Origin: Oculina patagonica
Taxonomy: Eukaryota
Direction: 5' to 3'
Assembly: GCF_052425735.1 (NCBI RefSeq)
Contig: NC_135770.1
Span: 37,758,001-37,822,000 of the forward strand
DNA: 64,000 bases
Below, piece after piece: positions 38,829-50,400 of this stretch. Position 1 is the first letter of the stretch, and each line of letters opens with the position of its first letter. The position numbers and the translations under genes are program-made. The notes beneath the pieces are model-generated. The model ran no database searches and was not told where the DNA came from. It saw nothing but the letters and a program-made list of their open reading frames with translations.

Positions 38829-40521
38829 TCAAAAAACTCCGCCTCCGTCAGACATGAGGTGAGTAAATTCTGAAAGCAAGGTAAAAAGCGGAATTATCAA
38901 AAGTTGCGACTTAATATGATATGTTACAATCGAAATTTACGGGGTAATTCTCTTTCCCGAAGCTTACAATAAATCAAACAATTAATTAGTCCATTGTTTA
39001 TCTATACACAGTGCCTGAGAGCCCAGGCTGCCTTTTATATAAGTTTCGCCAAAGATCTCAGGAAGCGAGGAACTCTCATATGAGAGGGACGGGATGCTCG
39101 CTGGAAAATTTGAAAAACCACTAAAAGAGAACAATCTGGGCGTGGTTCAATCTTTTTGTGACCCCTAAAAGAAACCATTTTTAATGCCTTAAAGTACGAC
39201 GGTGTCTCTAAACGAGATCTTGACGGCTAAAAAACTTACGCTCTGTCCAGAACACCCAAAATCAGACCAAAATCTTTTTAATTTACACCTCTGAGCAAGA
39301 CGACGAGCATCCCTGTATCTTTCAAATAGGAATCCCCCCAGGAAACGGAATGCACCCTGGCTAGGAGCTAGTGAGCTGGCAAAGACGTACGTGTGAAAAT
39401 TGAACGTTTCTTATGTTTCTTCGCAATACGGAGGATTTTTAAACCGACGGGCTCTCTCAAGAGTTTTTAAGACTGGATTGGTTATGGGTAGGGTCGGCTT
39501 GACCTATATACCTAAGGCCGGTGGATAACACCGGCCTTAGGCCTTTCAAACTGACGGGCTCCTTCAAGAGTTTTTATGACTGGATTGGTTATAGGTAGGG
39601 TAGGCTAACAGCTGAAACCTCATCAGCAACTATCAAAGGCAAGAATAAAATCTGATGAAAGCTGCTCGTCATCTCTGCGATAAGCAGTGCCACAGAGTAA
39701 AGAATACCATTGTTTTATTTTTGTGAGTATTACCTTCGAAAGTTATCTTTCTGTCTATAAGAAGACCAGTGTCTTTTAACATTTGCTTGAGTTCGTCACA
39801 AGGGATTTCTGTAATCGTAAGACCCATTGCTTCCCTTAAATCACGTGACTCGATGTAGCCTCTGTTCTGCGCGTCAAAAATGTGGAAGGCAGTCAAAAGG
39901 TCTGCCACTTTATTCTCAGATTTCGGAAATTTTTCTTTTTCGCTGGTATCGTTCAACTTTACATATCCTGAAAACAAATAGATAAGATATTTATAGTGAT
40001 CATATCCTCTTTACTATCCCTAATACAAAGTGGCGGATGGTTTGCGAAAAATTGGTTGTGTCACAGCCTCGTTTACGGCGCTTCTTGCTTCGGCAGCCTA
40101 CTAGGCCAGTTCCCAGGCCCTCGCAGGATACAGACTCGGAATTGAGAAATTCTTGGCTGTAGAAAGTCACGTGACGAATTTGTATTTGCTTTAAGCAAAC
40201 TAACTGATTAATTAAACATCTAACCATCCATAGCTAGCATGCGTCGTGAAAATAATCGATATAACTTTGGCCTCTTTTACAGTGTAAGAGTAAGCTGGTT
40301 TAATAACTGCGAATCGCTTAAAAAAGACGCTGAGTCTGGCATGGTGTGACAATATTTTAAAAAATTTTCAACAGTTCATAAGGTGAATCATTTTACTTAA
40401 GTTTTCTATACACGCTGGCAGGCAAAAGGCCATGTGCTCAAACTGTTTGTGAAGTTATTTTCCGGCCTTGGCGGAGTACTTAGAAAAGAAAAAGTCTGAC
40501 AATCTTACCTCGAGAAACCAT
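38829..40521 (-). CDS. Small calmodulin-like protein with one degenerate EF-hand pair; exons 40521-40509, 39967-39734, 38869-38829; 95 aa
   Basis: ATG GTT TCT CGA G|gtaag, cag|GA TAT..., TTC GAA G|gtaata, cag|AA TTT ACT...TGA join in frame: ...LLTAFHIFDAQNRGYIESRDLREAM...DRKITFEEFTHLMSDGGGVF. Confidence 0.75.
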
Positions 40522-41993
40522 TTTGAATCAGTTCTGGGCTTCGATTCAGTCTTTCCTTTGTTTTAGCAGTCTCAGTTCACGTAACCTGTTATACTGTTAT
40601 GAGAGATGATGCATAATACTCATTTTTATATCCTTACAGGTAAATACTGCGGGCCGTCATAGACTAATATTTGTTATGACGCAAGGGTGAGATCACTAGC
40701 GTTTTTCTTTTTTGTTTATGCTGCATTGTTTTAGGTCGGTCCGGTACACAAATGGGCCACGGGCAACCTTTTAATTTACATTCCAAGGATGAAATGTCCC
40801 TTTCACTACCAAACTGCGGCTCGATGCGGCATACTGGGAATCCTTGGCAAGAGTCGAGAACTGAGTAGGCTGGCATGTTTTTCAACGTTGAGAGTATTAC
40901 GTGCTTAGCTGTTCACATTAAATTTGCGGTCAAGGTGTTCGCATTATAAATTCAGCGTCAATTATTTCACCTGCTGTCAATAACAAATTTTATCACGTCC
41001 ATCTAAAATAAGCCTGTCGAACTGGTCAAATACTGGAATATTATTTAAACAATTAGATCACTCATTTTAGATTACCCTGTTCAATTTTTTCAAGTTCTGT
41101 TAAATATATCTTTTTAAAAAATAGTGAAATATTTATTACATGAAAGCTGCGCAATTACCCGCAGGTAGCACTGGTTTGATCAGCCTGACGTCATCAACAT
41201 TCGAAAGCCCCGATTATGTAGAACTGAACTGTTGTTTTCATAACTTCCCACAGACATCAGTAACGTTATAGATCTTTATGCAGATTTGGACATTGATACA
41301 GTAACCATGAGTATGGCCTGACTCGGTATGTTTCCTGCGCACTTAAGAAAACAATGACATCGAACAATGCATGGACGTTCACCCCATTTTTGAAACGATT
41401 TCATGTCGACTTAAAGGCTACCAGTAGCTATAGGAACACCCAGTATCTTATTTTTTCTGATTATAGACTGAGGAGACAGAGAAAAATGACGCATAAATTA
41501 AACAACGGGACCTTTATAGACTGTTTGAAGCGTTTTGCCTCTCACATAACGAGAACCTAAACAGAAGGAAAACAATCCCTGGCTGGCATTTCTTTACGTT
41601 TGTTCAAATGCCCTCATACTCGAAATTTAGGCATAATAATAAAAGCGCGTTTAATAAATGAAACTAAACGGCGTGTCTTTTTCTACATTATAACGGTCGG
41701 TATGAACGAACGTAATTTTTGCAGCTGGCTGTTACGTGACCTTGTCAATCGAAGGCGAAAGAATCGGCGCTAAGGAAAAAAATGTGAAAAATCGATAAGT
41801 TAGCCCAATGCTAAGAAAGCTCAGATAGCAATAAATATATACGTAAATTTTGACAAGAATTTGAATCATGATGCCTGGACATTCATACTGTGTGAAAGTT
41901 GATCTTGAAATTAAAGCTTTTTGTTGCAATCCAATTGGGTGGGGCAATTGGTGCATGGTCATGCAGAGGGCCGATGGAAATGGCTGCTAATGC

Positions 41994-42413
41994 CCCGGGG
42001 GGGGGGGGTACTCAAAAAAGTTTTATACGGGGAGGCTCCGCCCCAAGTGCTAACCCCTTACCCTTTTACTATACCATTTTTGACAGAAATTGTACCCCTT
42101 TTGTATACCTTTAACTGAAAAAAGGTACCCCTTTCATATACCTAAGATACATGGCGTGGACTCAAAATAGGACGTTTTCTTGTCATTTTTTTGTAGGGCT
42201 TAATAAATTAAAATAATACAGCCATAAATTGCGTCTGTTCGAAATATTTTAATTAAAGGCCCTTTTAAATAGCCAAATGACAGATTTTCATACCCTTTCA
42301 TATACTTAAACTCGTGAAATCCCTACCCTTTTATATACCTGAAGCCTGAAAAAGGTACCCCTTTCGGGCGGAGCCTCCCCGTATAGGCCATTATAGGGAG
42401 TACTCCCCCCGGG
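41994..42413. mobile_element. Non-autonomous DNA element with CCCGGGGG...CCCGGG ends (copy 1)
   Basis: Inverted ends CCCGGGGGG..GTACTC / GAGTACTCCCCCCGGG; flanking direct repeat CTAATGC (7-8 bp); second copy at 46196-47140. Confidence 0.8.
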
Positions 42414-42814
42414 CTAATGCCGAGATAACTAGACACCCAGGTGTTTACTACCGCAAAAGGAGCACCTTTTAACCCGTTCACTCTAGAGGCTATGCTTGAT
42501 TCTATTGGTGTAGACTAACTTTAATGCCTGTGAATAAAACTCTAGCGTGTGACGTTTTAAACGAAAGACATTAAACAAAACTTCTATGAAGTGTTGCCTC
42601 TGTTTAAATGCTAAGAAAACTGAAATTTGGCTTTTATTCAAAATTTGGACAGCTTTTGAGAGGGAAAGGGGTAAAGGATGCTTTCATTTAGTTTTCAAGA
42701 TAATGCTCCTTCAGTTTTTAAGACTTTTCTTTACTTTAAAGCTAGCAAAAGTTGGACAGAAATAAAAAGATATATTACAATATTACAGTTAAATTAAAAG
42801 TCATACACTATTTG

Positions 42815-43187
42815 CAGAGATTCCAACCCTCCCGATTTGATCGGGAGTCTCCCGATTTGATGCGTTGCCTCCCGCTCTCCCGATTTTTATCAGATTCTCC
42901 CGATTTATCATGAAATTCTGAAAACAAGAGAAAAATTGCTAATTTTTAGTACTTTTTTGCGATCTGAGTGTAGCAAAAGTAAAGAAAAGTACCAAAAATG
43001 TTTGTGAAAAGAATAAAGACCTTATAGAATAACTCAGAAATGATGTCAAAATGCCGGAAATGGCACTTGAGAGAACCTAAATGTGCAAAATTTCCCGGTG
43101 GAACATGCTTCCAGACCCCCCTAGAGGTGCACACCTTCAGCGCTAAAAATACTCCCTATTTTCCTTCAAAAAGGGTTGGAATCTCTG
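42815..43187. mobile_element. MITE with 6-bp TSD (copy 1)
   Basis: TIR CAGAGATTCCAACCCT / AGGGTTGGAATCTCTG; TSD TATTTG. Confidence 0.85.
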
Positions 43188-43947
43188 TATTTGACATCTA
43201 TGTTTTGTTGAGATATATAAAAAGATTTGACATGCACACTTGAAAATACTTGAAACACTTCAACACTTGAAATACTGAGGATCAAAAGTCCAACACTATT
43301 ACAGAAGAGGGGCTATTTACACACCATTTGTACATATCAATAACAAAAGGGCTTAATAATCCACTGTCTCCACTAAAATCTGAATTTTACTGTCTATCTT
43401 AGAACATTGAGAGTATTTTATACAAGACAGTCATGGATAAAATTACTGTGCTACAAATACCAAGAATTAATTTATGGAATGGAATATTCTTTTTCTACTC
43501 TTTTTTCAATAAACTCCCTTTAAACACACAAACACTTTGAGAAATGCAAATTTTGTGGTGTCTGATTGTACAGAGTCAATCTTAGACCTGCCAACTCTCA
43601 CACATTATGCGCGAGTCTCATGCCTGCAGATCCAAAATATAATTCCTCCATCTGTTAAATTGCTGACTTGATCTCAATGCTTCTACATCAATTATTTTTG
43701 AAAAGGAAAACCCTGGAATTTTCAGATTCAGTTTTTGAGATTAAACAGGAGGCAGTATCTAACACAAAAGTCTATCTCTAGATAAGCAACATGCAAAATT
43801 ATCTGAACCATGCAGTGCCCTTAGACAATGAAATGTTAAATGCCAGTGTTAATTCTGAGTTCTAGTTTTGTCTCAATTCTCATGTTTTCTGCTTAAAATA
43901 TTTAAGAATGCATCTTTGCGAGATCCACTGTAACAAAGAAGGCACCA

Positions 43948-45135
43948 CTACCAGCTACCACCTCTGCCACCGCCACCGCTGCTGCCGCCGCCACCGAATC
44001 CTCCACCACTGCCGAAACTACCACCACCGGGCATGGAGGACCTGACAAAAATAGGATCTGAAACAAAGCTTCCCGTGAAGCTGTTACTGCCCCACCTGTT
44101 TACCATGGTCTGCGTGACGAATGAAGGGTGCTGCAGCTGCAACATCATCAGGCGGAACTGGAGCTCTGGGAGGAAGTCATAGGTATTGCAGGCACCACCC
44201 TCGTCCTCCCGTCTGTCTGCTGACTGACGGCAGATGGGACAGGTTGCATGGTCCTCAAGCCACTTTGTTAAGCATGGTTCGCAGTATTTGTGACCACAAG
44301 CCAACAGTCTAGTCTTTGTTTCTGGTTGGAATTCTTCCAAGCAAATGGGACAGGACTTGCTTTCGTAAGACTTTTGAGACTTTTTAGCACTGTCCCTTTC
44401 CTCTTGGATTCTCTTCAGTTTGCGGGCACATTTCTCACGCTCTTGCTCTTGCTTGTGCCCAATATACAGCCCAACACCAACAATCACGACTAAAAACACG
44501 CAGAAGATGATTAGACCGTAGTTAAATGGCCGCTCGAGAACTTTTCCGCTGAAAACTTCGCCCATCCGCACAACAGCAAGTTCCACCGACTTGTCGTAGT
44601 CTTTTCTTTGCAGATATGGCTTCATTTCATCGATGATGATATCAATCTGATCATCGGAAAGCAGTTCCATGGCTCGCTTTCCTGTAGACACGTACACGTG
44701 GCGGTCAAGAATCGAAAGCAACAGCATTGCGCCGTCATCACAGCCTGCATGGCCTACACCCCAGCTGTCATGCAAGTTTTTTGCAAATTTCTCCGCTGTT
44801 TCTTCCACAGATTCCCCTGGAATGCGGCGCATTTTGTTCAAAACAGCAACACCGATTTGAAATCCAGCCTTTTCATCACTACTGCACCCTGAAACAGTAT
44901 TTTTCCCCACGGAATACAACAGTTCTTCGATCTTGTTGGCAGTCTCGTAGCTGAGAATTTTCTCTGGATCACAGATCCAGGAAACTCTTCCTCGGCGACC
45001 ACAAGATCCAAGATCTTTTGTGGGGTTCGGAAATTCTTCTTTACGCCATTCCTGGGTACTCTTTCCTTCTTGGAAAAAACATAAAGCCACAAAAACTGCG
45101 AGGAAAACTACTCTTTTTCCGAATGCTTCCGCCAT
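43948..45135 (-). CDS. Single-exon type I membrane protein: signal peptide, TPM/MOLO-1-like domain, TM helix, RING finger, Gly-rich tail; putative membrane E3 ubiquitin ligase
   Basis: WRKEEFPNP..CGR..SWICDPEKIL and FAKNLHDSWGVG..DDGAMLLLSILDRHVYVSTG (TPM/MOLO-1); TM YGLIIFCVFLVVIVGVGLYI; CPICLEEF..CGHKYCEPCLTKWL...CPICR (C3HC4); ends GGGFGGGGSSGGGGRGGSW. Confidence 0.9.
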   Translation of the reverse strand: MAEAFGKRVVFLAVFVALCFFQEGKSTQEWRKEEFPNPTKDLGSCGRRGRVSWICDPEKILSYETANKIEELLYSVGKNTVSGCSSDEKAGFQIGVAVLNKMRRIPGESVEETAEKFAKNLHDSWGVGHAGCDDGAMLLLSILDRHVYVSTGKRAMELLSDDQIDIIIDEMKPYLQRKDYDKSVELAVVRMGEVFSGKVLERPFNYGLIIFCVFLVVIVGVGLYIGHKQEQEREKCARKLKRIQEERDSAKKSQKSYESKSCPICLEEFQPETKTRLLACGHKYCEPCLTKWLEDHATCPICRQSADRREDEGGACNTYDFLPELQFRLMMLQLQHPSFVTQTMVNRWGSNSFTGSFVSDPIFVRSSMPGGGSFGSGGGFGGGGSSGGGGRGGSW

Positions 45136-45758
45136 CTTGACAAGTTTCGATTTGTTTTGTGTCCACGTGAAACTGCTGACTCATCTATCGCGGGTTCGCA
45201 TTCTTCTACGTGGCCCTCGCGCATTGGCCGCTCGTGTTTTCACGCAACGAGCTGTTTTCCTTGCGTCATATTTTGTACTGCATGTGTTATTGTTGTGTTT
45301 TGTTTTCCCGTTTACTTTACCTTAAAGAAGAAGACGAAGGCCACTATTGAAAAAATAAATAAATTAACGATAGTTTAGTCAATGATATTTTTATAGAAAT
45401 GGGCTTTTATTTTAGAAATGGCTGTTAGAAATGGCCAGCGCGCGTGTAGTCTGAAATAAAATCCGGGCGGTCCAGATGGAAAATCTGGACCAGTCGTTTA
45501 GCCAATCAGATTGCTGGATTCACTTTGTCTTGACCGCCCACGGCACAAAAATAATAAATGGGTGAAAATCTGGGGGGAGGCACTTTGTGTAGGGGTGCTC
45601 TGCTGCGGTCCAGGAGCCTCTATACTACCCTGTCTCAGATCAAAAAAAAACTTACGATCTTTTTTTTCATCTTTTGGTCTCTTAGAAAAAAAAAAAACGA
45701 GTTTCGCTGGTTTCAGGACTTTGCAGCAGCATTGCAAAAATTGTGGATTCGACCACAT

Positions 45759-46108
45759 CAGATATTTCAACGCTCTTTGAAGGAAAATAGGGAGTAATTT
45801 TAGCGCTGAAGGTGCGAGACTCTAGAGGGTCTGGAGGCATGTTCCACCGGGAAATTTTGCAAATTTAGGTCCTCTCAAGTGCCATTTTCGGCATTTTGAC
45901 ATCATTTCTGAGTTATTCTATAAGGTCTTTATTCTTTTCACAAACATTTTTGTGCTTTCCTTTACTTTTGTTACACTCAGATCGCAAAAAAGTACTAAGA
46001 TTAGCAATTTTTCTCTTGTTTTCAGAATTTCATGATAAATCGGGAGAATCGGATAAAAATCGGGGAAGCGGGAGGCAACACATCAAATCGGGAGGGTTGG
46101 AATCTCTG
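45759..46108. mobile_element. MITE with 6-bp TSD (copy 2, inverted relative to 42815-43187)
   Basis: Reverse complement of copy 1 over ~330 bp; decayed left TIR; flanks CCACAT / CCATAT. Confidence 0.8.
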
Positions 46109-46195
46109 CCATATTGCAGTTTAATTATCTAACCTTTTCCTTGGGTTACTAACTGTAAAGATTTTTCTCTTCAATGAAATGTTGTGTGGACTGTG

Positions 46196-47140
46196 CCCGG
46201 GGGGGGGGGGGCACTCAAAAAAGTTTTATACGGGGGAGGCTCCGCCCTGAGATCCAACCCCTTACCCTTTTATATACCATTTTGACAGAAAAGGTACCCC
46301 TTTCGTTTACCTTTTATAGAAAAAAGGTACCCCTTTCATATACCTACACGACACAAAATAAACTCAAAACAGGACGTTTTCTTGACATTTTTTACGTAGC
46401 GCATAATAAATTAAGACGATACAGCCATAAGTTGCGTCTGTTTAAAATAATTAATTTAAAGGCCTTTTTAAATATCATAATGATAATAATTTGCTCATTT
46501 ATATAGCGCATATTTCCATATTCTGATCAATAGCGCTTTACATATTTAAGAGAAAATTAAAAATTACATCACCATGAAAATAAAATAAAGTTATAAATTA
46601 TAAAAATACTTCTTAAAAAGATAAGTTTTAAGTTGAGATTTAAAACAGTCAAGTGATGTTGCTTGACGAAGCTCCACAGGTAGGCCATTCCAGAGTTTCG
46701 GAGCTGCTACTGAAAATGATCTAGCTCCCAGTGTTGACAGCATCTTTCCCTTGGGATGGTCCAATAAGGACATGCCAGTAGACCTAAGATTGTATAATGA
46801 ATTCGATTTTATGCTAATCAGATCGCTAAGATAAGTTGGCGCTAGGCCATAAATACATTTAAAAGTCAAAGTAAAATCTTATAATCAATACGCAAAGAAA
46901 CCGGCAGCCAGTGCAGCTCGTAAAGCGCCGGTGTAATGTGAGAAAACTTTCCGATGCTAAGAATAAGTCTTGCTGCTGCATTTTGTACATGCTGTAATTT
47001 AGCAATCTAAATGACAGATTTCCCTACCCTTTCATATGCATAAGCTTGTGAAATCCCTACCCTTTTATATACCTGAAGCCTGAAAAAGGTACCCCTTTCG
47101 GGCGGAGCCTCCCCGTATAGCCCCCCCCCCGCCCCCGGGG
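46196..47140. mobile_element. CCCGGG-ended DNA element (copy 2) with nested LINE fragment
   Basis: Colinear with 41994-42413; 8-bp TSD GGACTGTG. Confidence 0.8.
46474..47005 (-). mobile_element. 5'-truncated L2/CR1-clade LINE fragment
   Basis: ORF2 C-terminus LHWLPV / TFKCIYGLAPTYLSDLI...RSFSVAAPKLWNGLP...FKSQLKTYLF and a short TAT-type tail. Confidence 0.85.
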
Positions 47141-47402
47141 GGACTGTGGAATTTCATTCTACTGTCTCTTCTTAAACCCTGCACAGCCACTGGTATATTT
47201 AAGTTCAATTCAACCAATGGATACTAAAAAAATTTTCTAGTCAATGTTGTTGGAACCAATTGAAAAGACATTCTTTTGACAAGCTGCAAACAATTTTATT
47301 GCTAGTTCACGGCTATAAAATCTATGTACACAATAATTTAAACAGTTTTCACTTCAAATAAAAAAATTCTTGAGTTCATATATGCAATAACCAGCGATGT
47401 TG

Positions 47403-50400
47403 TCACACATTCTTGAGTTTAGTGACAATTATTACTCTTAACGTCTGGTCAAGTGAGGTGCACACACAAAGTCCTTCCTGTGAAGACAAGCAGTACACAA
47501 AGATTAACACTGAATTTTTCCAGTAAGACACTACCTCTCTGGAACCTATATTTTCATTCGCCCGCTGTAAACACTACCTCTAGTGTTATTCAGGGCTAGG
47601 GGCATTGTTGTAACCTGTTATCAATTGTTTTAAGAACCAATGAATTAACTCGTTCCGAGAGGTAGTGGGCGACCCAATTTTTCCTAGCAATTACAATACT
47701 TCATCAACTGGATTCTTAAAGACAAAAAGGAAATAACCAACAAAACACTGATAAAGGGTTATCCCCGAAACATCTGACTGTTTCAATAGTAATTTAAAAG
47801 CACTCCTAACATAAGTTTTACCATTATTGATTAAAAAATTGTATTGGTTTCAGTTAAGGAAATTCCTATATAATCCATTGGACTAAACAGATTAGTCATA
47901 AATCAGTTACAGCAATGAATCTTGATTTTGTCTTCCCCACAAAAAAATGTAAAATATACCCCTGATACATAGGCATGCATTGCATGCATGCTTAGCACAT
48001 ACGTATGTGTTGTGGTTCAATTTTACCCTTGGTGCAATCTGGTATTCTTTGTTTTATATTCATTATCATGTATTAACATACACCAGAACAAAGGAAAATA
48101 CCAAATTGTATGAAGAGTAAAATTAAACCAGAACATATGTATGGTCGATAGAATGACCAAACAATCATGATAAAATCAGAATCTCTAATAATCACTGTAG
48201 TTTGTGGTGACAAAACTATACATTTTTAATGACAAAGTGGCAACAGTTGTTAGTACACAGGTTTAAGATTATGTTTCCATTGCTCTCTTAGATTGCTTTG
48301 TAAAGGAGTTTTAATTGTTTAAACTGAAGAGAATCAGTATTTTAACTTTAGAGTCGGGATGAATATGAAGCAAGCTTCAATAGTTATTCACTAGCAGCTG
48401 ATTACACTGGCCTGATGTACCGCCAAATTCTCCAAATTGATATTAAACTAAATGCAAGGCAGTCAGCAAGGAGAAGGTATATTTTTAACATTCAATACTG
48501 ACCTTGTCTGGACTCCAGTCAAATGAAGTGATTGGCTGAGTTGACAGGCTAGCATTTTGCAACATTGACACAGAACCAATGACACCCATATCCACATCAT
48601 TAGCATCTTTTTTGACTCGCTGGTCAGGATATGAGCTAAGAACATGAAATAACAGGACAAAAATGTTAGCAAGCATATCTTGACTAGATACACAGGTGCT
48701 TATCTTACTGCAACCACAACAGTCTGTTACAGACCTGGCGGTTTATCACAAAATCTACTGATCACCATAAAGTCTACAATGTTGGGTGACATTTGTACAA
48801 AAGTATAAGATGTCAGAGAACGTTACTTCATTTTCTTATAGGCATGCACTAGCTGTTTTATCCAGTGTTCAAATCCCCTATCCCTAAAAAACACCCTGAA
48901 ATGTCTGTCTATCATGTCCCCTTTAATTAAAAGGTGAAAGAAATCATCCCTGCATGTGTACAAATTACAATATAAGTGAAACAAACCAATTAAAGCACTT
49001 GTCCATTTCCTATTAGGGTCCACAACAATGGATCACTGAAGTTGTTTCTAAGCAACCATCACTCACATTCAAATCAGATTAAAATTAATACACTACAGTA
49101 TATTTCCCCAGCATCGAAAAAGAAACTCAGAGACGCTTTTTCTTAAAAAAGCAACAGCCAGACTGAAACACTTACTATTTCCAAAGATTAAGAGAGCCTG
49201 AGCCACCACATGTCATAAAAATTTCACGGTTTTGAGGAAGATGTCTGGCACACCAAACAGTTGACTTGTGAGCCTGTGTGGCAAAAGAAATTTTTCAATT
49301 GAATTAGCTTAAATAACAGTTCTTTTATATTTAGGGAGAATTTAAACTACGAATAGAAAGGAAAAATATATACAGGTAGCAGGGTTCATAGCATTCACAA
49401 GTCCAATGTAGCTCAAAGTTTGAGAAATTGAAATCAAACTTCTTAACAACTGAAATAATTATTTCATGAGGGTAACAACATATGCATTGCATATATGGGC
49501 CACAGCAGGTAGCAATCTAACAATTTATTTAAGCAACAAAATGTACTTTAAGTAAAAAATATACACTGTTCATCAGGGTGTCGTCTTTAAAAAGAATTCA
49601 CTGAACATCAAACAGTGAATTCTTTCAATAAAAGCTGACACCCTCAGAACTAACTCCAGCCGTCAGCCTTAGAGAGGTATCCAACTTGAAGAGAGTTCAA
49701 TCACAAACAAACAAGTGAAATTCAGCCAGTTCCAGTGTTGACATGTAAGAGTTCAAAGGCTAAAATGCAGGTAAAATAACTATTTCATTCACTCATTCTG
49801 TGTACTATGAAATCTATAACACCCACCTTTTCAGAAAGTGAAGCAAATCCTTTCTCTGGGTGTTGTGTCCTAACATCAAAAACATGAAATTTTGATTCCA
49901 ATGTGGTAGCCACTAATTTGTTCATCATAATGTCCTTTCTGTCAAACTCAACACCACACACCTGCAGATTGTAGAGAACTTTGACAAAGATATAAATCCT
50001 GCCTTCTAATTACACTGTAAAAAATATGTAATAGCTGGCTTCCATACTTAACAAATTATGATTTTCTTCTTTTACATGGTAGAACTCCTCATAAAATATT
50101 TCCAAAATGTATGTGTGAGTTGTTCATCCATATACATGTTAGTGGCAGATCCAGACCTTGAACTATGGGGCCCCTTTTTTGTGTGTGTGTGTGTGTGTGT
50201 ACACCCAAAAAAATTTAGAATTTAAAATCTCTTTTACCAAAAAATAAGGAGGGGGCCAGGCCCCCTTGGCCCCTCCCCTAGATATGCCACTGCATGTCTA
50301 CTTATACATCAAGAAACCAATAAAGCCTAAAGCCCCTTTGGCTGAATGGTTTATTGTTTCAAGAAGTTTGGATTCTGCTTTATTAGCTAAAAGGGACCGT

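Noticed and set aside
43948-45135. Bacterial contamination explaining the TPM gene
   Set aside because: It contains a eukaryotic RING and MOLO-1-type N-terminus and is embedded among host repeats and spliced genes.
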